A stretch of DNA of 64,000 nucleotides from the human T2T-CHM13v2.0 reference genome, Homo sapiens. Location: the NCBI RefSeq assembly GCF_009914755.1, contig NC_060926.1; one strand, written 5' to 3'. A program made the translations under genes and the position numbers. Below are positions 52,025 to 64,000 of this stretch, piece by piece; the first letter of the stretch is position 1, and every line of letters starts with the position of its first letter. The notes beneath the pieces were generated by a model that had not been told where the DNA came from, did not search any database, and worked only from the letters and a program-made list of their open reading frames with translations.

Positions 52025-52690
52025 CAATCAATCAGTTTTTATTGTAATTAGACTCCCGCTCCCCTCATCTGCCTCTTATTTCTTGCTGTGACTCTCACTC
52101 CACTCTCCCTCCTCTTTACAAAAAGCTGCATCTCAGTTCTCCTTACATTTAGTGACTACAGCCTTCATATTTCCACTTGTCCCCCTTTTAGTGTGGTGTC
52201 TGTTACCTTTGCCATTTTTATTTGATCCCCAAAGTTGCAACTACCAATTTTCTCTTGGCATTTAATAAACAGCTGCTAAATTCTCTTAAAAGTTCAGCAT
52301 CAACAGCTATATGTTTGTCTTGGATGTAATTAATGATTCAGTTTCTGAAGCTCTGTCAAATAGAAGACTTCTGAGTCTCCGGTTAATAATTGATTTAAAA
52401 AATATTCTTTCTGGGTTTGTAAATCCAAGGCAGGGACTGATGCTGCACCTGATGCACCCCAGCTGGGTGCTCTTGCAGTTGCTGTTTTTAGGTCTGGAGC
52501 ACAGCTACGCTTTTCTTTTTCAAAGGAAGAATAGTGTGTGTTGAAAGCCTAGTACCACCTGATTGGGTTCTTTTTATTTCTCCTAGATTTAATCAGAAAA
52601 TTGTAAAGCATTGAGAAAAGGAGCTTGGAAGAAAAATGCATCAACTTTCTATTTTCTGGAGTACTTTTATATTGAAAAAAAGCTTTAAGG

Positions 52691-52877
52691 CAGTGTTTTT
52701 CGATTTTAGTGTGCATGAGAATCAACTGGAAGGCTTATTAAAACACAGACTGGTGGGTTCCACTTCAGAGTTTATGCTTCTGTATGCCTAGGAGGAGGCC
52801 TGAAAACTGGCCTTTCTTACAAGTCCTCATGTGGTACTGATGCTGCTAGTTCAGGGACATCAATTTGAGAACTATTC
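52691..52877 (-). mobile_element. MER5A hAT-Charlie MITE
   Basis: cagtgtttttc...gtgtgcatgagaatcaactggaaggcttattaaaacacagactg...ctgatgctgctagttcagggac...tttgagaactat. Confidence 0.88.
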
Positions 52878-52879
52878 TT

Positions 52880-53021
52880 TAAAAAATGTAGATTCAGGGG
52901 GTACATGTGCTTGTTTGTTACATGAGTATTACCTGCATACTGGTGGGGGTTGGGCTTCTAGTATACCCATCATCCAAATATTGGCCATTATACCAAGGAG
53001 GTAATTTTCAACCCTTCTAGA
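52880..53021 (-). mobile_element. Very short 5'-truncated L1 (L1PB/late-L1PA 3' end)
   Basis: tagattcagggggtacatgtgc..gtttgttacatg...gggcttctagt...cccatca.ccaaata...ttttcaaccct; TSD gagaactattctt (52867) / gagaactactctt (53022). Confidence 0.88.
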
Positions 53022-53063
53022 GAGAACTACTCTTAAAGAATGTACCCATAAGAATCTTGAGAA

Positions 53064-53285
53064 CTTGATCCCCCTAAATAGGGAGGAAAGTTAGCATTAG
53101 CTATGCTAGGAGCCTTCTAATCACACGTTTCTCCTGTGCTCACTCTCTCTTCTTCTTCCTGATTATTATTACTCATGTCTGCCAATTGTAGCCTGAGAAA
53201 GAGGGAACAAAAGAAACATGTGATTAGAAGGCTCCTACTTTAGCATTAATAATACTAATTTTTCCTCCCTGTTTCAGGGACCAAG
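53064..53285. repeat. Long imperfect inverted repeat (~85-bp arms, ~45-bp spacer)
   Basis: taggagccttctaatcacacgtttct (53107) vs agaaacatgtgattagaaggctccta (53212) match 25/26; complementarity continues to both outer ends. Confidence 0.9.
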
Positions 53286-55039
53286 AAAATGATCACTCTT
53301 ATACTCATTAAATTCCCAAGCCTTATCAAAGAAGAATAAAAAAACATTTTATCCGTTACCTTAGAGAGATTATCAGTTTACTAATGATTATAATTTTAGT
53401 AGCAAAGTCTAAAACTGAGCTCTACTATTGCCAACCTCTGTATTCTTGCCTACTTATTTCTCAGCCCTACATACCTTTTCATGGTCAATATCTATGGTTC
53501 ATTTCCACTATAAGCTTTTGCACTTGCAGTCCCCCAGCCTTAAATGTCACTCTTTCCTGTTTATTCATATTCATAACTCCTTTCAGAACAGTTTCCTAAG
53601 ATTCAATTTCCTCCAAAATGTCTAGAAACTTTGACTGCTACAAATAATTCACTTGTTTTGCTTTCCAGTTCATAGTTCCTTATCTCATTTTCTCCTATTT
53701 TCTGGTATCTTCTGGTTGATTTGTCTTATTTTTCATTTTGCCATCTTCCTGTAACCATAGCACTCCTATCTAAAACCAGGAGGTTATGGAGAGAATCAAA
53801 GCTAATGATAGCATCTCCTGTCACTGCCTGAACTTCTTGGCATGTGATGCATGGAGTAGGGGCAGCCAGGTTATCCCTAAATAGGAGAACAAGAGGAATC
53901 AGGAAAGCACTAAACTTTGCTTTGCTTGCCTCTAAGCTAAAACTTCCATGTTTCTGCTGCCAGTAGTGACAAGGTACCTCAAAAGTTCTTGGCTTCAGCA
54001 GCCCCCAGATCCTAAGCTTAAACTGCTCCTTCTTCTCTTCTACTTACAATAGACACAGTTACTATGGTTAGGAAGGTAGCACAGACAGAAGTGTAGTGGC
54101 TTTTGTTTTGCTTCAATTTTTGCTTCAGTGTTCAGCGAATATAATGCAGTTACTATGAAACAACACCTGGTCTGTTTACTAACAAAAAATTTTAAAACAT
54201 GATTTAAAAAAAAGAATTAAATGACTCAGCCCCAGGACAAAACTCAACAACAAATTATCACTTCACACTCATAATTACCACAAAAATTTGAGCATGGAAT
54301 AGATGCCAAATGTTTCAGGCCAGACAGGTTAGATTCCTCTGCTGTGTTGATGAACACTTCAGGTGCATGAAAACATTGCATTGCTGTGAATACTGAAAAC
54401 ACAGCAAGGGTCTCCATGAAGCTGATAATAGCCAATACACTTATGAACTTAAGTCTTCCAAGAGAAATATACATATACAGGCTTTGTTTTATTAAAATAA
54501 CTGATTCTCTCAGATTAATAGTTTTCACATTTTTATTACCTTCTTTACTGAGTCTTTTTTAACTTTCGAATTCAACATGTATACCCAATAGCTTAGGCTG
54601 AAGCTGGGGAACCAAGCCCTGACGGATTCCTGTCCTGCTCCCCGATCCAGCCAAAAACTTATGTGAGGATCTCAAAGCACCTCCTGCAAAACCTCTAGGG
54701 TTCCACACAGCAGAGCTGAAAAAGAAACAGTGATACTTTCTATCACTACAGCTTATTGATTTATAGCAAAAGTAATCACTCTAAATATTAACACACTAGA
54801 ATCCTATATTTCTCCCTATGCAGTCACTGAAAAGGTAGATTTTCTTATGGGGAACGAGGCATGTTCTTACTATAAACCAGCTTGTGAACAGATACCTGTC
54901 ATTTCTAAACATTTACACCTAGTTCTCTGAAGACCATTATTTCCAAACTAGGTAGTATGTGTATAAATACATAGAAAATAAATAAAAGTCACATTAACCA
55001 TAAAAATTACTGTTTAAGCATTCATCCAACACAATGTGA

Positions 55040-55620
55040 GTAATGTGGCATGATAAAAAGAGAAAGCCAGAAAGATATAGGATGAAATTCTGTCATTTAC
55101 TAGCTATGTGACCTTAGCAAGTTTCTCAACCTCTCTGAATGTCAATTTCTGACTTTTGGTGTTAATATATTTCAGAGTAACTCTGTGGTTTAAATATTGA
55201 CAGAGTCACAGGCCTTTCTCCTTTTGCCTAAACCTGATGACAAGGCTAGCCACAGACCCTTCTCATTTTGCCCCTAGTCAACTTCCTGTTCTTTGTCTCT
55301 TGAGTGATTAGCTAAGATTATGATTGCTTTTCCCCCAGAAACTAGCTAGACACAGAGATAAACCTTTCCTGTTCATCTAGCTGATTGAGGCTTCCCCTGA
55401 TTGCAAAATCCCTACTGTAGATCCTCTCACTTGTAACTTGTTGACTCCTATCTATAAAAGTCTAATGCAACACCACTCTGCAGTGATACTCTGATCTTCG
55501 GATCTGGGGCACTCTCCTTATTGTGATATCCTGAAAAAGATGAACTTTTCTGGTTTTAGTATTTGACAATATCATATATGAAAAAGTGCCTGACATACAA
55601 TTAGTCATTGGTAATTATAA
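55040..55620 (+). mobile_element. MIR split by an LTR insertion
   Basis: catttactagctatgtgaccttagcaagtttctcaacctctctg before the LTR; atatgaaaaagtgcctgacata after it. Confidence 0.75.
55198..55568 (+). mobile_element. ERV1-class solo LTR (MER31/MER67/MER92-like; subfamily uncertain)
   Basis: tgaca...tttgaca termini; TATA ctataaaag at ~55452; 4-bp TSD atat on both sides, typical of ERV1. Confidence 0.8.
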
Positions 55621-55949
55621 ACTTTTATTACAGACCTTCTATAAACAGTGCGCTGAGAATAACCTATGGAGGCCACAAAGATGAGAAAAATGCATTCTCT
55701 AAATTGGCATCTTCTGAATCTAGTATCAGTTCCATGTATTTAGGACTTTAAAATCTTATTTTTGCTAAGTTTTCCTAACTCCTATGACAATAAGCTAATT
55801 TTGGCAGATCGGTAAAGAATATGAACTAATTTACTAACTACTTTAATGTGAGTCTTACAGTCATATATTCATAAAAAACTAAAAAGTTCAGCTTCAATAT
55901 GCATACCAATTATTTAAGACTTTGTTGAGATGGCTTTGTATTCCTGAGG

Positions 55950-56185
55950 CCTTCTCTAATTTTTGCATTCAGAAATAATCTCTTTTCTCTGTGCTTCAGT
56001 TTGCATTTTCTTTGTACTTTTTTAAAAAGCATCTTTCACATTATGCTCTGCACTAGTCTTAGTTGTATACATGTCTGGTGTTTTCCCTAGATTTCAAGTT
56101 GTTTGAGGACTAGATACTGTCCTTTATTTTCTCTGGCACAGTGTCTTAGGCAAAGGAGATAGTTAGTGTGTTTGCTGAATTGAAA
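55950..56185 (+). mobile_element. L2 3' end (degenerate)
   Basis: ccctagatttcaagttgtttgaggactagatactgtcc...tggcacagtgtc...tgtttgctgaattgaa. Confidence 0.6.
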
Positions 56186-56580
56186 GAGTCTATAATACTA
56201 CTTGATGTCTTGGATCATACTAACCAGGTGGTATGCATACAAATACTTCATAATATATCAGGGTCTACACTGAGAAGACCAAGAAATCATGAAAGGATAA
56301 CCAAGAATGGGGTAGAAAAAAAGGGGAGGGGGAAAAAGATAACTATGCAATTGAGGAAATCTAGCAAGTTAAAATAGCACAGGAAACAAAGGCATACTGG
56401 ATAATTTTAAAATAGAGAACAAATTCTTCCAACCTGGAATATCTTTAGTACACAAAGGTATAAGAAAGATAGGCTATAGTCTAGGTCTTTATAAATTTTA
56501 CATACCTTGAAAACTCAGAATCAAGAAGTGGTAATAATGTTAAGGTTGTGACACACAATGTTCCTTTTAACAGCAGGTCA

Positions 56581-56782
56581 CCAGTGGAAAGCTAATAAAT
56601 GTTAACAACAAAGTATTTGGGAAGGGGGAGCCGTGATTTGTAGCACTGCCAATGTCTATAGTGTAAATTATTCCCATCATGGCTGATTTTAAAGATCAAC
56701 ATGTCACTTAACGTAAGTTTGCAAAGAAATGCATGCAATTGGTTCCCCCAAGCCAGTGAGAGCTGGTTTCATCACACCCCTG
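56581..56782 (-). mobile_element. MER63A-like hAT-Blackjack MITE
   Basis: tgatttgtagcactgccaat...gtgtaaattattcccatcatggctgatttt...gccagtgagagctggtttcatcacacccctg. Confidence 0.85.
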
Positions 56783-58420
56783 TAAGTTCCCTTTCTCCCT
56801 ACCTTCCTTTACTTCCTCCCTGTTACAGCAGGTCTAGGTGAGAGGGCACATAAGAAACAAGATTTCACCTGGAATTCTGCTCCTCAGTCGCCCCTTTGGG
56901 ATTATGTTTTGGGGACAGTGAATCACCTCCGTGTCACACCTTTGATCACATTTTTCAGTGCAACCTGAAAATCCAATAATTACTTCGGAAACAAAATGAA
57001 AATCCACTATCTTCTTTTAGGCCACTGATGAAAATGGTAGAAAGACTTGCCTCATGTTAAATATTACCTTCAATTTGACAACATGATGAGAGTTTAGCAT
57101 CTCTGAATCTTGCAAAAACTACAAAATTATACAAGGGAGACACTGAAGTCACCAATTTACCAGGATTTTTATCTCTTCCACTGTATACTAAGCTGTAACT
57201 TTTTAGTTACAAGTTACAGCTCCTCAGCCTGGCCACCATTTGCTTATCAAAAATCTATTTGCTTGTTTTCCCTTAACACAAAATATACTCAAATAAAAAG
57301 AAAAAATTAGCATGGCTCTGAGCCCTTATGCAAATTAGTAAGGCTCAAAGGCCTATGACTAGAAATGAATCAGATCTCAAGATGTGCAACTATTAATAAA
57401 AATGTAGTATAACAGCCCAGTCCCAGAACTCATTCAGGGTCGTCATTCTCAGATGTATCATCACCCTGACATCTTTTAGCCTAGCTTGGGTTGGTATAAA
57501 CAGTAAGCCCATGGAGTTTCCTGGATTTATCTTCAAGGATAATGCAGAAAAAATCTGGCTTTGTGCAGCACATACTCTGTCTGTGGTATCTAATGACACT
57601 GGAAAATCCCTAAGAAAAATCTTCCTGGAATAACTCAGAGAGGTAACAAAGTTAAAAATAAACCTTATTTTCTAAGTTTAGGCTAGAATGGCTTGGGAGG
57701 GCATCTTCCCAGGAAGGGTTATAGAAGTTACTTAGGTTCCAGCTATGTATTTTAGAATCTTATAGCAGTTATTTACTCTGCATTTCCAGAACCTTGTGTT
57801 ATTTTAAGCCACACATATAAGAATAAAAATTTTTAATCACAACTAGTTTGATAATCTTTCCATGTCCCCACTTGTACAACTATCACATTGGAGTGTGGTC
57901 TGGCATGAATTTCTGTAACTGGCATTGTCAACTAAGAGGAGACAGAAAGGAGCTTTGCCTGTACTCTGAAAGAGAAGCAGCTGTAGAGAGGACAGTGGTG
58001 GCTGGCAGGGTGCCTAGCGAAGGGAGGGACATGCCTACAACACTGGCACCTGTGAGGGCCAGTTCATGCACTACCATCATTATCAAGGCTTTCGTGAAAG
58101 CCTTCAGAGGGCACACACAAGCTAAAATCTCACACATTTAGATTCATTTTCAATTATGCCACTTAAAATATAAGCACCAACAAAAGAATAAATTTAATGT
58201 CAAAACTGAAAATGTTGGCACTTGGCGCTAAGAAGTTGTGATGCACTTGAGGCTTAACTGGATCTTCAAACTGGCAATGGCCTGAGGCATGTTTGGATTG
58301 CATTATTTAAACTAGAACAGAAAATCAAGATTCACTGGTTTGCCTTTTCTAGGTCCGGAGAATTTAGCTCCAAAAATCAATCAAGAACTCAAGAGTAAAT
58401 GAAAGCTTGAGAGGAAATTC

Positions 58421-59030
58421 TAGTGGACATTTGTCTTTTTTTTTTTTAACCTGGATTCCCAGAATTTAAACCTATGTCTCCCTAGGAATTCTGCACCTTC
58501 ATAAGTTTTGAGAGAAGACAAACTACACTTCTCACTATGAGAGCACAAATGGCTAAACTCTCACTTTCTCAGGGATCCTTGAGGCTAAGATGTGAGTACA
58601 TGACTTAGACTCAGCTGATCGGACATATTTTATCCCCCTTCCCTGATCCTCCACCCCGTGAATCCTGAACTAGTGATATCAAGAGGCAGGAACAGGGAAG
58701 ATGCCATTTTGAAGACGGCACAGTAGCAGCAGATGCATCCTATCTCCAAGATACGGTCGGGGCAGGAATGTAGTCCAGTGGTGGGGTGCAACTGTGGTAG
58801 GCAGTACTCAGTGGCATCAGCAGCCCTGCTCTTACCAGATGGGTTTCATGGCATGAATCCAGGCTCTGGTTCTACTTCCCTGCTTACCTTTGCTTTCTCC
58901 AATGTCCTGAACCTGGTTCTGCAGGCTTCTAGTGTTTCCATGAGCTCCCCAAGGCCTTTTCAACAAATTTCTTTTCTGCTGCAAACAGCCAGTCAGTTTC
59001 TTGGCTAACAACTAAACCTTCTGATTTTAC
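58421..59030 (+). mobile_element. MaLR solo LTR, MLT1H-like
   Basis: tagtggacatttgtc...ctcactttctcagggatccttgaggcta...ttttcaacaaatttcttttctgct...agccagtcagtttc. Confidence 0.82.
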
Positions 59031-60749
59031 AAATAAATTATAGCCAAACATTTTCTTTTTCAAAAGAGTTGTTAGACTTAAAAAAGTTAGAGAATATCCT
59101 ATGTTTCCTTCTAAAGGGGCTTTCATCTGCAACCATATTTTTTAAAAATTGGCAGCCTGGTAGTTGTTTCTATGCTTTCCTCAAGATCACCTCTCCTTAG
59201 GTTCACTAGAACCAGCCCAAGTACAACTCATTTCATCATCTCTTCCTTTCTCTCCCACCTCTCATTTTTAAGAGCCTACTTGCACTTCAAGTAAATTAGC
59301 AGTAACATTTATCAGGTCTTTCCTATATATACACCTTTATTTATTTTCTCTAGGTATTTGCTATCTTTCCACTTCCCCAAGTCCAACACCCTGTACCCCA
59401 TCAGCTGTGCTTAATCCCTGGCTTCTTACAGTGATTCTTCCCAGAAGGGTCTGGAACTCCCCACCATCACCCGCATTTTGTGGCTTATCTTTACTAGGAT
59501 GTTCTTTACTATGAACTTTCAAGGTGTAGAAGTGATTCTTCTACCTCTGCACAAAGTAGACATTTCACAAATACCTGACCATTTTAATATTTCTGTTTGG
59601 TGCTCCAAATACTAGGTCTTCTGTCTTTCTAGTTTACTGCTAACTCAATTGTGGATTGTTGTAGGAAAACTAATAGGACCTCCTCACATACATGAAGCAA
59701 GAATAGTACTACTAGAATCAGCAAAAGCTGGTGATTAGCAGTAATCTAGAGAAGAGATAAAGCAAAATACGAGTAAAAAATTATTCCCATGTGCTTTGAA
59801 ACTGCCCTGAAATGATACTGTGGATTCAAGCCTTCAAAACATTTGTTGCAGAATGGCTCATCTTTGTGTGGAGGTAGAATTGCTCATCCCATCACTCAGA
59901 TAGGGAAGTCGGTAAACTTGCTAATTTCTACCAAAGGATATTGACCAGAACCCCTAGTCATGATTTTTTCTAAAGCAGATGAATTTGCTTTCAACCAACA
60001 ATCATAAATGCCTATCATCTAGGCCCTTGCTAGGGAATGTAATCTTATACTCTCTACCATCCAGTTCCGTTAAATTCTGGTTGTGATAGGTGGTATCTGG
60101 GGAGAATTGTTTGAACAATTTCTTCTAAATGTTCTAAGTGATATTAGAATAGGCAAAAGATTCTATACTGGACCATAATTTCCTGTCTTCTTATAGATTG
60201 CTGGATTTTATCATAGTCTTCAGCATTTACAGAGGAGCAGAAGAAACTGAGAAATAAAATCCATTACCTGGAGTGGTGATGTAGATATTTTCTAGTCCAG
60301 ACTCACTGTCTCCTCCATAAAACTTCATGTGAGAAATGATTTTTGGCCATGTATACAATGAAAATCTTTGTTTTCCCTGAGAGTGTCTCTCTTTTTCTTT
60401 AATAAGAATTCATGTAACTGATATGCAGTCTTTATCACTTTGCCTACTGGGAAGTTCAGATGCAAGAATAAGACTAAGAGAGAGAGAACTATGAAATAAC
60501 TTAGAGCCTGATTATTTATATTTTTTTCCTCTAGCCTTACTTATTTTATGATCTATAAATACATATATATTTACATATGTATATATTTTTATATATTATG
60601 GTTATTTGTATTGACAATTCAGCCATTATTTTCTTATTTATTCATGCCTTAATAAGCGGCTACAATCCTTTTATATGCATAAATATATAAACAGATGAAT
60701 AAAGGTGGCTAAATAATGTTGGGTGAACTTTAGCCATTTTCACTATTAA

Positions 60750-60880
60750 CAATAATCAGTTAGTAAGTATATACTACTGTGTGTGTGAGGTGCTTGATGG
60801 GTGGAAAGATGCCAGATCCCTAAGGCAAAGTCCCTGACCTCAAAAGTCTTGAAATGTAATTGAGATAATAGGGCTGGTAC
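60750..60880 (-). mobile_element. L2 3' end (degenerate)
   Basis: tactactgtgtgtgtgaggtgct...taaggcaaagtccctgacctcaaaagtctt. Confidence 0.5.
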
Positions 60881-61219
60881 AAGGAACACGATATCATAAC
60901 TATGTTATACTAAATTATGTATGTGTATATAAATTACATATATATCTACATAAATATAAAATGGATGGACAGGTCATGTAGTAAGATCCTTCCTGCCTAA
61001 AAGGATAAAATAAAAACAGACACAAGATGCATCTTCACAAACATGTCTCCTAAAGAGTGCAACTCCCCTCTCATTCTCTGCTGTCTCCTAATGCCTAGGC
61101 AGTACCCTGCCCACTTCTAAATCTAGTATGACTTTATTTTAAAAATTTCAAGGATGTATGGATCACAAAATGGAGAACTGTTATTTTATTTTCAGTAACT
61201 TTTCTTATTGTACATTTTA

Positions 61220-61420
61220 AAGCATCAATGTTTTAACATGCCTCAGAAGTAAATTTTACTTCACAACTCAGAATGTATACACATAGACATGCATGCACAC
61301 CTGAAACATAAGTTTCACAAAACAGTATCTTTTCTATGTGTGGCATACTAATATTTTCTATTTTGTTCCATTTTCTTTCTTAAAACATACTTCTTAGGAG
61401 CCACTGAATTTATGATAAAT
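61220..61420. mobile_element. hAT-Charlie fragment (Charlie4-like)
   Basis: ttttacttcacaactcag...ctgaaacataagtttcacaaaacagta...atattttctattttgtt. Confidence 0.5.
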
Positions 61421-62732
61421 AGTACTGTTTTAAGAAAACAGGAAGTTCAAATTTCCAATGGCCAAATATTTTAATTTTCTGAGGGTAAAACTATTCTTTT
61501 AAAGATCAAAGGAGATGGGATAGATGATACAGCACACTGCCTCAGATGGAGGATACAGCATACTGCTTCTTATCTCCTAAGTATTTGCTCAGAAATCCAA
61601 AATACGTAGATTTATGATTCATGCAACTCTTCCTTAGAGGGGAAAATACATCCTTAAGTTGTATTCCCAGTAGGAACACATCAACCCAGATACGTAAATC
61701 AAATTTCAAATGCTTTTAGTATTAGTGTCTGCAGATTGTAAAAATGGGCTTAACTTATAATTCAGATTTTCTCCAGCCTGAGTTATAATAAACTGAAAAA
61801 CATTTGTATATGCATATAATTCAGTAATCTTGAAAACTGCATTATTAGAGACTAATCAGTGATTACCTTAACCTTAGATTTCTTCACTAAAGAAATAAAT
61901 TATTCAGCAAGCAAAGCAAAAGAAAAAAAAGACCCAACCCTCTTTCATGAACTGAGACGTTGTTAATCACCCAACTTAAAGAATTTGGGAAGTAAAATGC
62001 TATTATTAATAATTCTGTTGAAACATGATCAAAATTATGAATGGAAACACTTCCAATGTTCCAATATAACCCTTAGGCTTATTCATGCCAGAAACATCTC
62101 CTCTGGGCCTCAACATTCCCCAGGAGAAGATTAGGAAAGTTATAATCTTTTTACCATGTCAAGTCTAAGATAATACTTAATTGTTACTGTGTACTTGCAA
62201 TTCCAGATCACATTGGACAGAAACCCCTACCTTTAACAAATAGTTCTATTCTAGCTGCAATCATATCACATTCACTTCTTAGCCTACCAATTAATATCCA
62301 ACCAAATTAGAGCTTGGTGAGTTTCTGGCAGGTTTGTGACACTGTACCTGAAACCTGTAATTTTAACTAATTATAGAAATTCTGGGCAGGAAGCCTTCTG
62401 AAAAGATGATCAGCTTCATTCCCTTCATTTGAAACTTTGAAACTGCCCCAGACCAAGAGTTCTTCTCCCTTCTATTTTAACCTGAAGAGAAGAAACGATA
62501 TTAGCATGAAGGATCACTCATTGCAACTGGAACCATACTAGGTCCATAACATGGATGATCTGATTTAATCCTTGTCTTGATGTAGTAGGAATTATCCTCA
62601 TTTTAAGAGGGGGAAACTAATGCTCAGAAAAACTTAGCTGAACAAGAGGAAACAGAGGGTTCACTTTAGAGTTGGGATCTTACCCAAGATCCATAATGTG
62701 ATTCCAGAAACTAATGCTTCTCTGTCATCTCT

Positions 62733-62910
62733 CCAGATGTGGGCTGGAGCTGGCTGCTCAGAGTACACATCTCTTCTCAACTCCACATTCCACGAGGTCC
62801 CATCAATAGCTTGAAATCAGCCTTGGTGGGAGTATTCACACGTTGCAAACTGGTAAATACTACAAATCAGGGCTTTTTTCTTCAGAGAGCTATTTACTAG
62901 CACACTACTG
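62733..62910 (+). mobile_element. MER63A-like hAT-Blackjack MITE
   Basis: gctggagctggct...catctcttctcaactcc...tagcttgaaatcagccttggtgggagtatt...ctacaaatcagggc...atttactagcacactactg. Confidence 0.88.
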
Positions 62911-63074
62911 CCTATAATATTTGTATTTAATATTTCACAAATGTCAAAATTGGGTGTTTCTATTGATCAAGTTTTTTTTTTTCCAAAAACAAATAGTAGC
63001 AAGAAAGTGTAGGTAGAGTATATTTCAGCATTTGCTTCCCACATTTACTTTCTATGTCTCTTTGCCTACCATGA

Positions 63075-64000
63075 AACAAACTTAGATATTTTAGTTATCT
63101 AAAAGTAGTTACAATAATAGAAATCCTCATGCCTCTGTTATCCAGATTTAATATTTATCAACATATGGCCAACCTTATTTCATTGTACTTTTCAAACATG
63201 TTTTTTTCCTTCTCCCCAGCTGGATTATTTTCAAGCAAATCTCAGACATTATATCATTTTATTTGTAAATACATCAGTTTGTATTTCTAAGAGATAAGCT
63301 CATTTTAACCATTATCACAATACTATTATCGCATGTTAAAATTATCAGTAATTCTTTAATATTATCTAATAATTGGTCCATATTTAACCTTCTCTGACTC
63401 CCTCAAAGTTCTTTTTTACAAAGTTGCTTTGTTCAAATCAAGATCCAGACTATCTGGATGAAATGTCTTTAAGTATTAATTTATTTTAATCTGTTAATTA
63501 ATTTTTTGATAGTCCTCCCACTTTTTTATCTTTTGCCACTTATTTCAGTCATTTGTCCTGTAGAATGTCTTACATTTTGGATTTTGCTGATTGGTTTCCA
63601 TGGTGTCATGTGACATCTTCCTCTTTCTTCTGAGTTTCTTGAAAATGGGTAGACCTAGAGGTTTGAACAGATACATGTCCTATTTTTTGGCAAGTATATT
63701 TCATGAGTGGGGTTGTACTTCTATATCACATCAGAAGGTGAGTAATTTCTGCTGTCTTTCTTTTGCTAATTAGTAGGTTTTGTTCTTCTCATCCTAATTC
63801 ATCTTATAAAAATTCTCCATCAACCTTTCATTTAATTGTATGGGCAGTAATTGATGATCATTTCCTAGATTCATTAGTTGAGAAACCGTGACAAAAGAGT
63901 GATGGTTTAGGTCTTTTTTTCCTTCTCCATGTATTGGCTGGAATTCTTCTGTAGAGCAGACATTTTACGTATCAACTATTTGGTTAACAAACTGAATTAC
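63075..64000 (-). mobile_element. L1MC4/5-type 3' UTR, runs off the window end
   Basis: ctggattattttcaagcaaatctcagacattatatcatttt...gtaaatac; ttcaaatcaagatcca; atttgtcctgtagaatgtc...ggattttgctgattg. Confidence 0.85.

Noticed and set aside
57191-57221. 11-bp stem agctgtaactt / aagttacagct with duplicated agttac
   Set aside because: Plausibly a slippage product; no further support.
60262-60379. Minus-strand open frame QGKQRFSLYTWPKIISHMKFYGGDSESGLENIYITTP ending at CAG/GTAATG (60268)
   Set aside because: No polypyrimidine tract or acceptor upstream, peptide not recognised, and too short to support.
61522-61569. 26-bp-period imperfect repeat gatacagca(c/t)actgc(c/t)tc
   Set aside because: Only two short copies; ordinary micro-duplication.

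Overview
AT-rich, CpG-poor, non-coding genomic DNA from a simian primate: AluY, AluS, AluJ and THE1D elements are present, which is compatible with human. It is either intergenic or deep inside a long intron. I find no credible protein-coding gene, RNA gene, CpG island or CRISPR-like array. The ORF track is explained by Alu, L1 or L2 remnants or by chance. Roughly half of the window is recognisable transposon debris: 11 Alu pieces, an internally deleted ~5.4 kb L1MA, other L1 ends, many L2 and MIR, about 10 MaLR/ERV LTRs, and hAT/Tigger MITEs. Subfamily names come from remembered consensus sequences, and boundaries of old repeats are approximate. The structures these repeats do not explain are: (1) a ~220 bp hairpin with ~85 bp arms at 53064-53285; (2) two dispersed short duplications of apparently unique DNA (37222/39038 and 42897/49597); (3) a head-to-head Alu fusion hairpin at 30803-31046; (4) a candidate recursive splice site on the minus strand at 24705/24704. 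None of these amounts to a demonstrated new biological system; they are leads to test.
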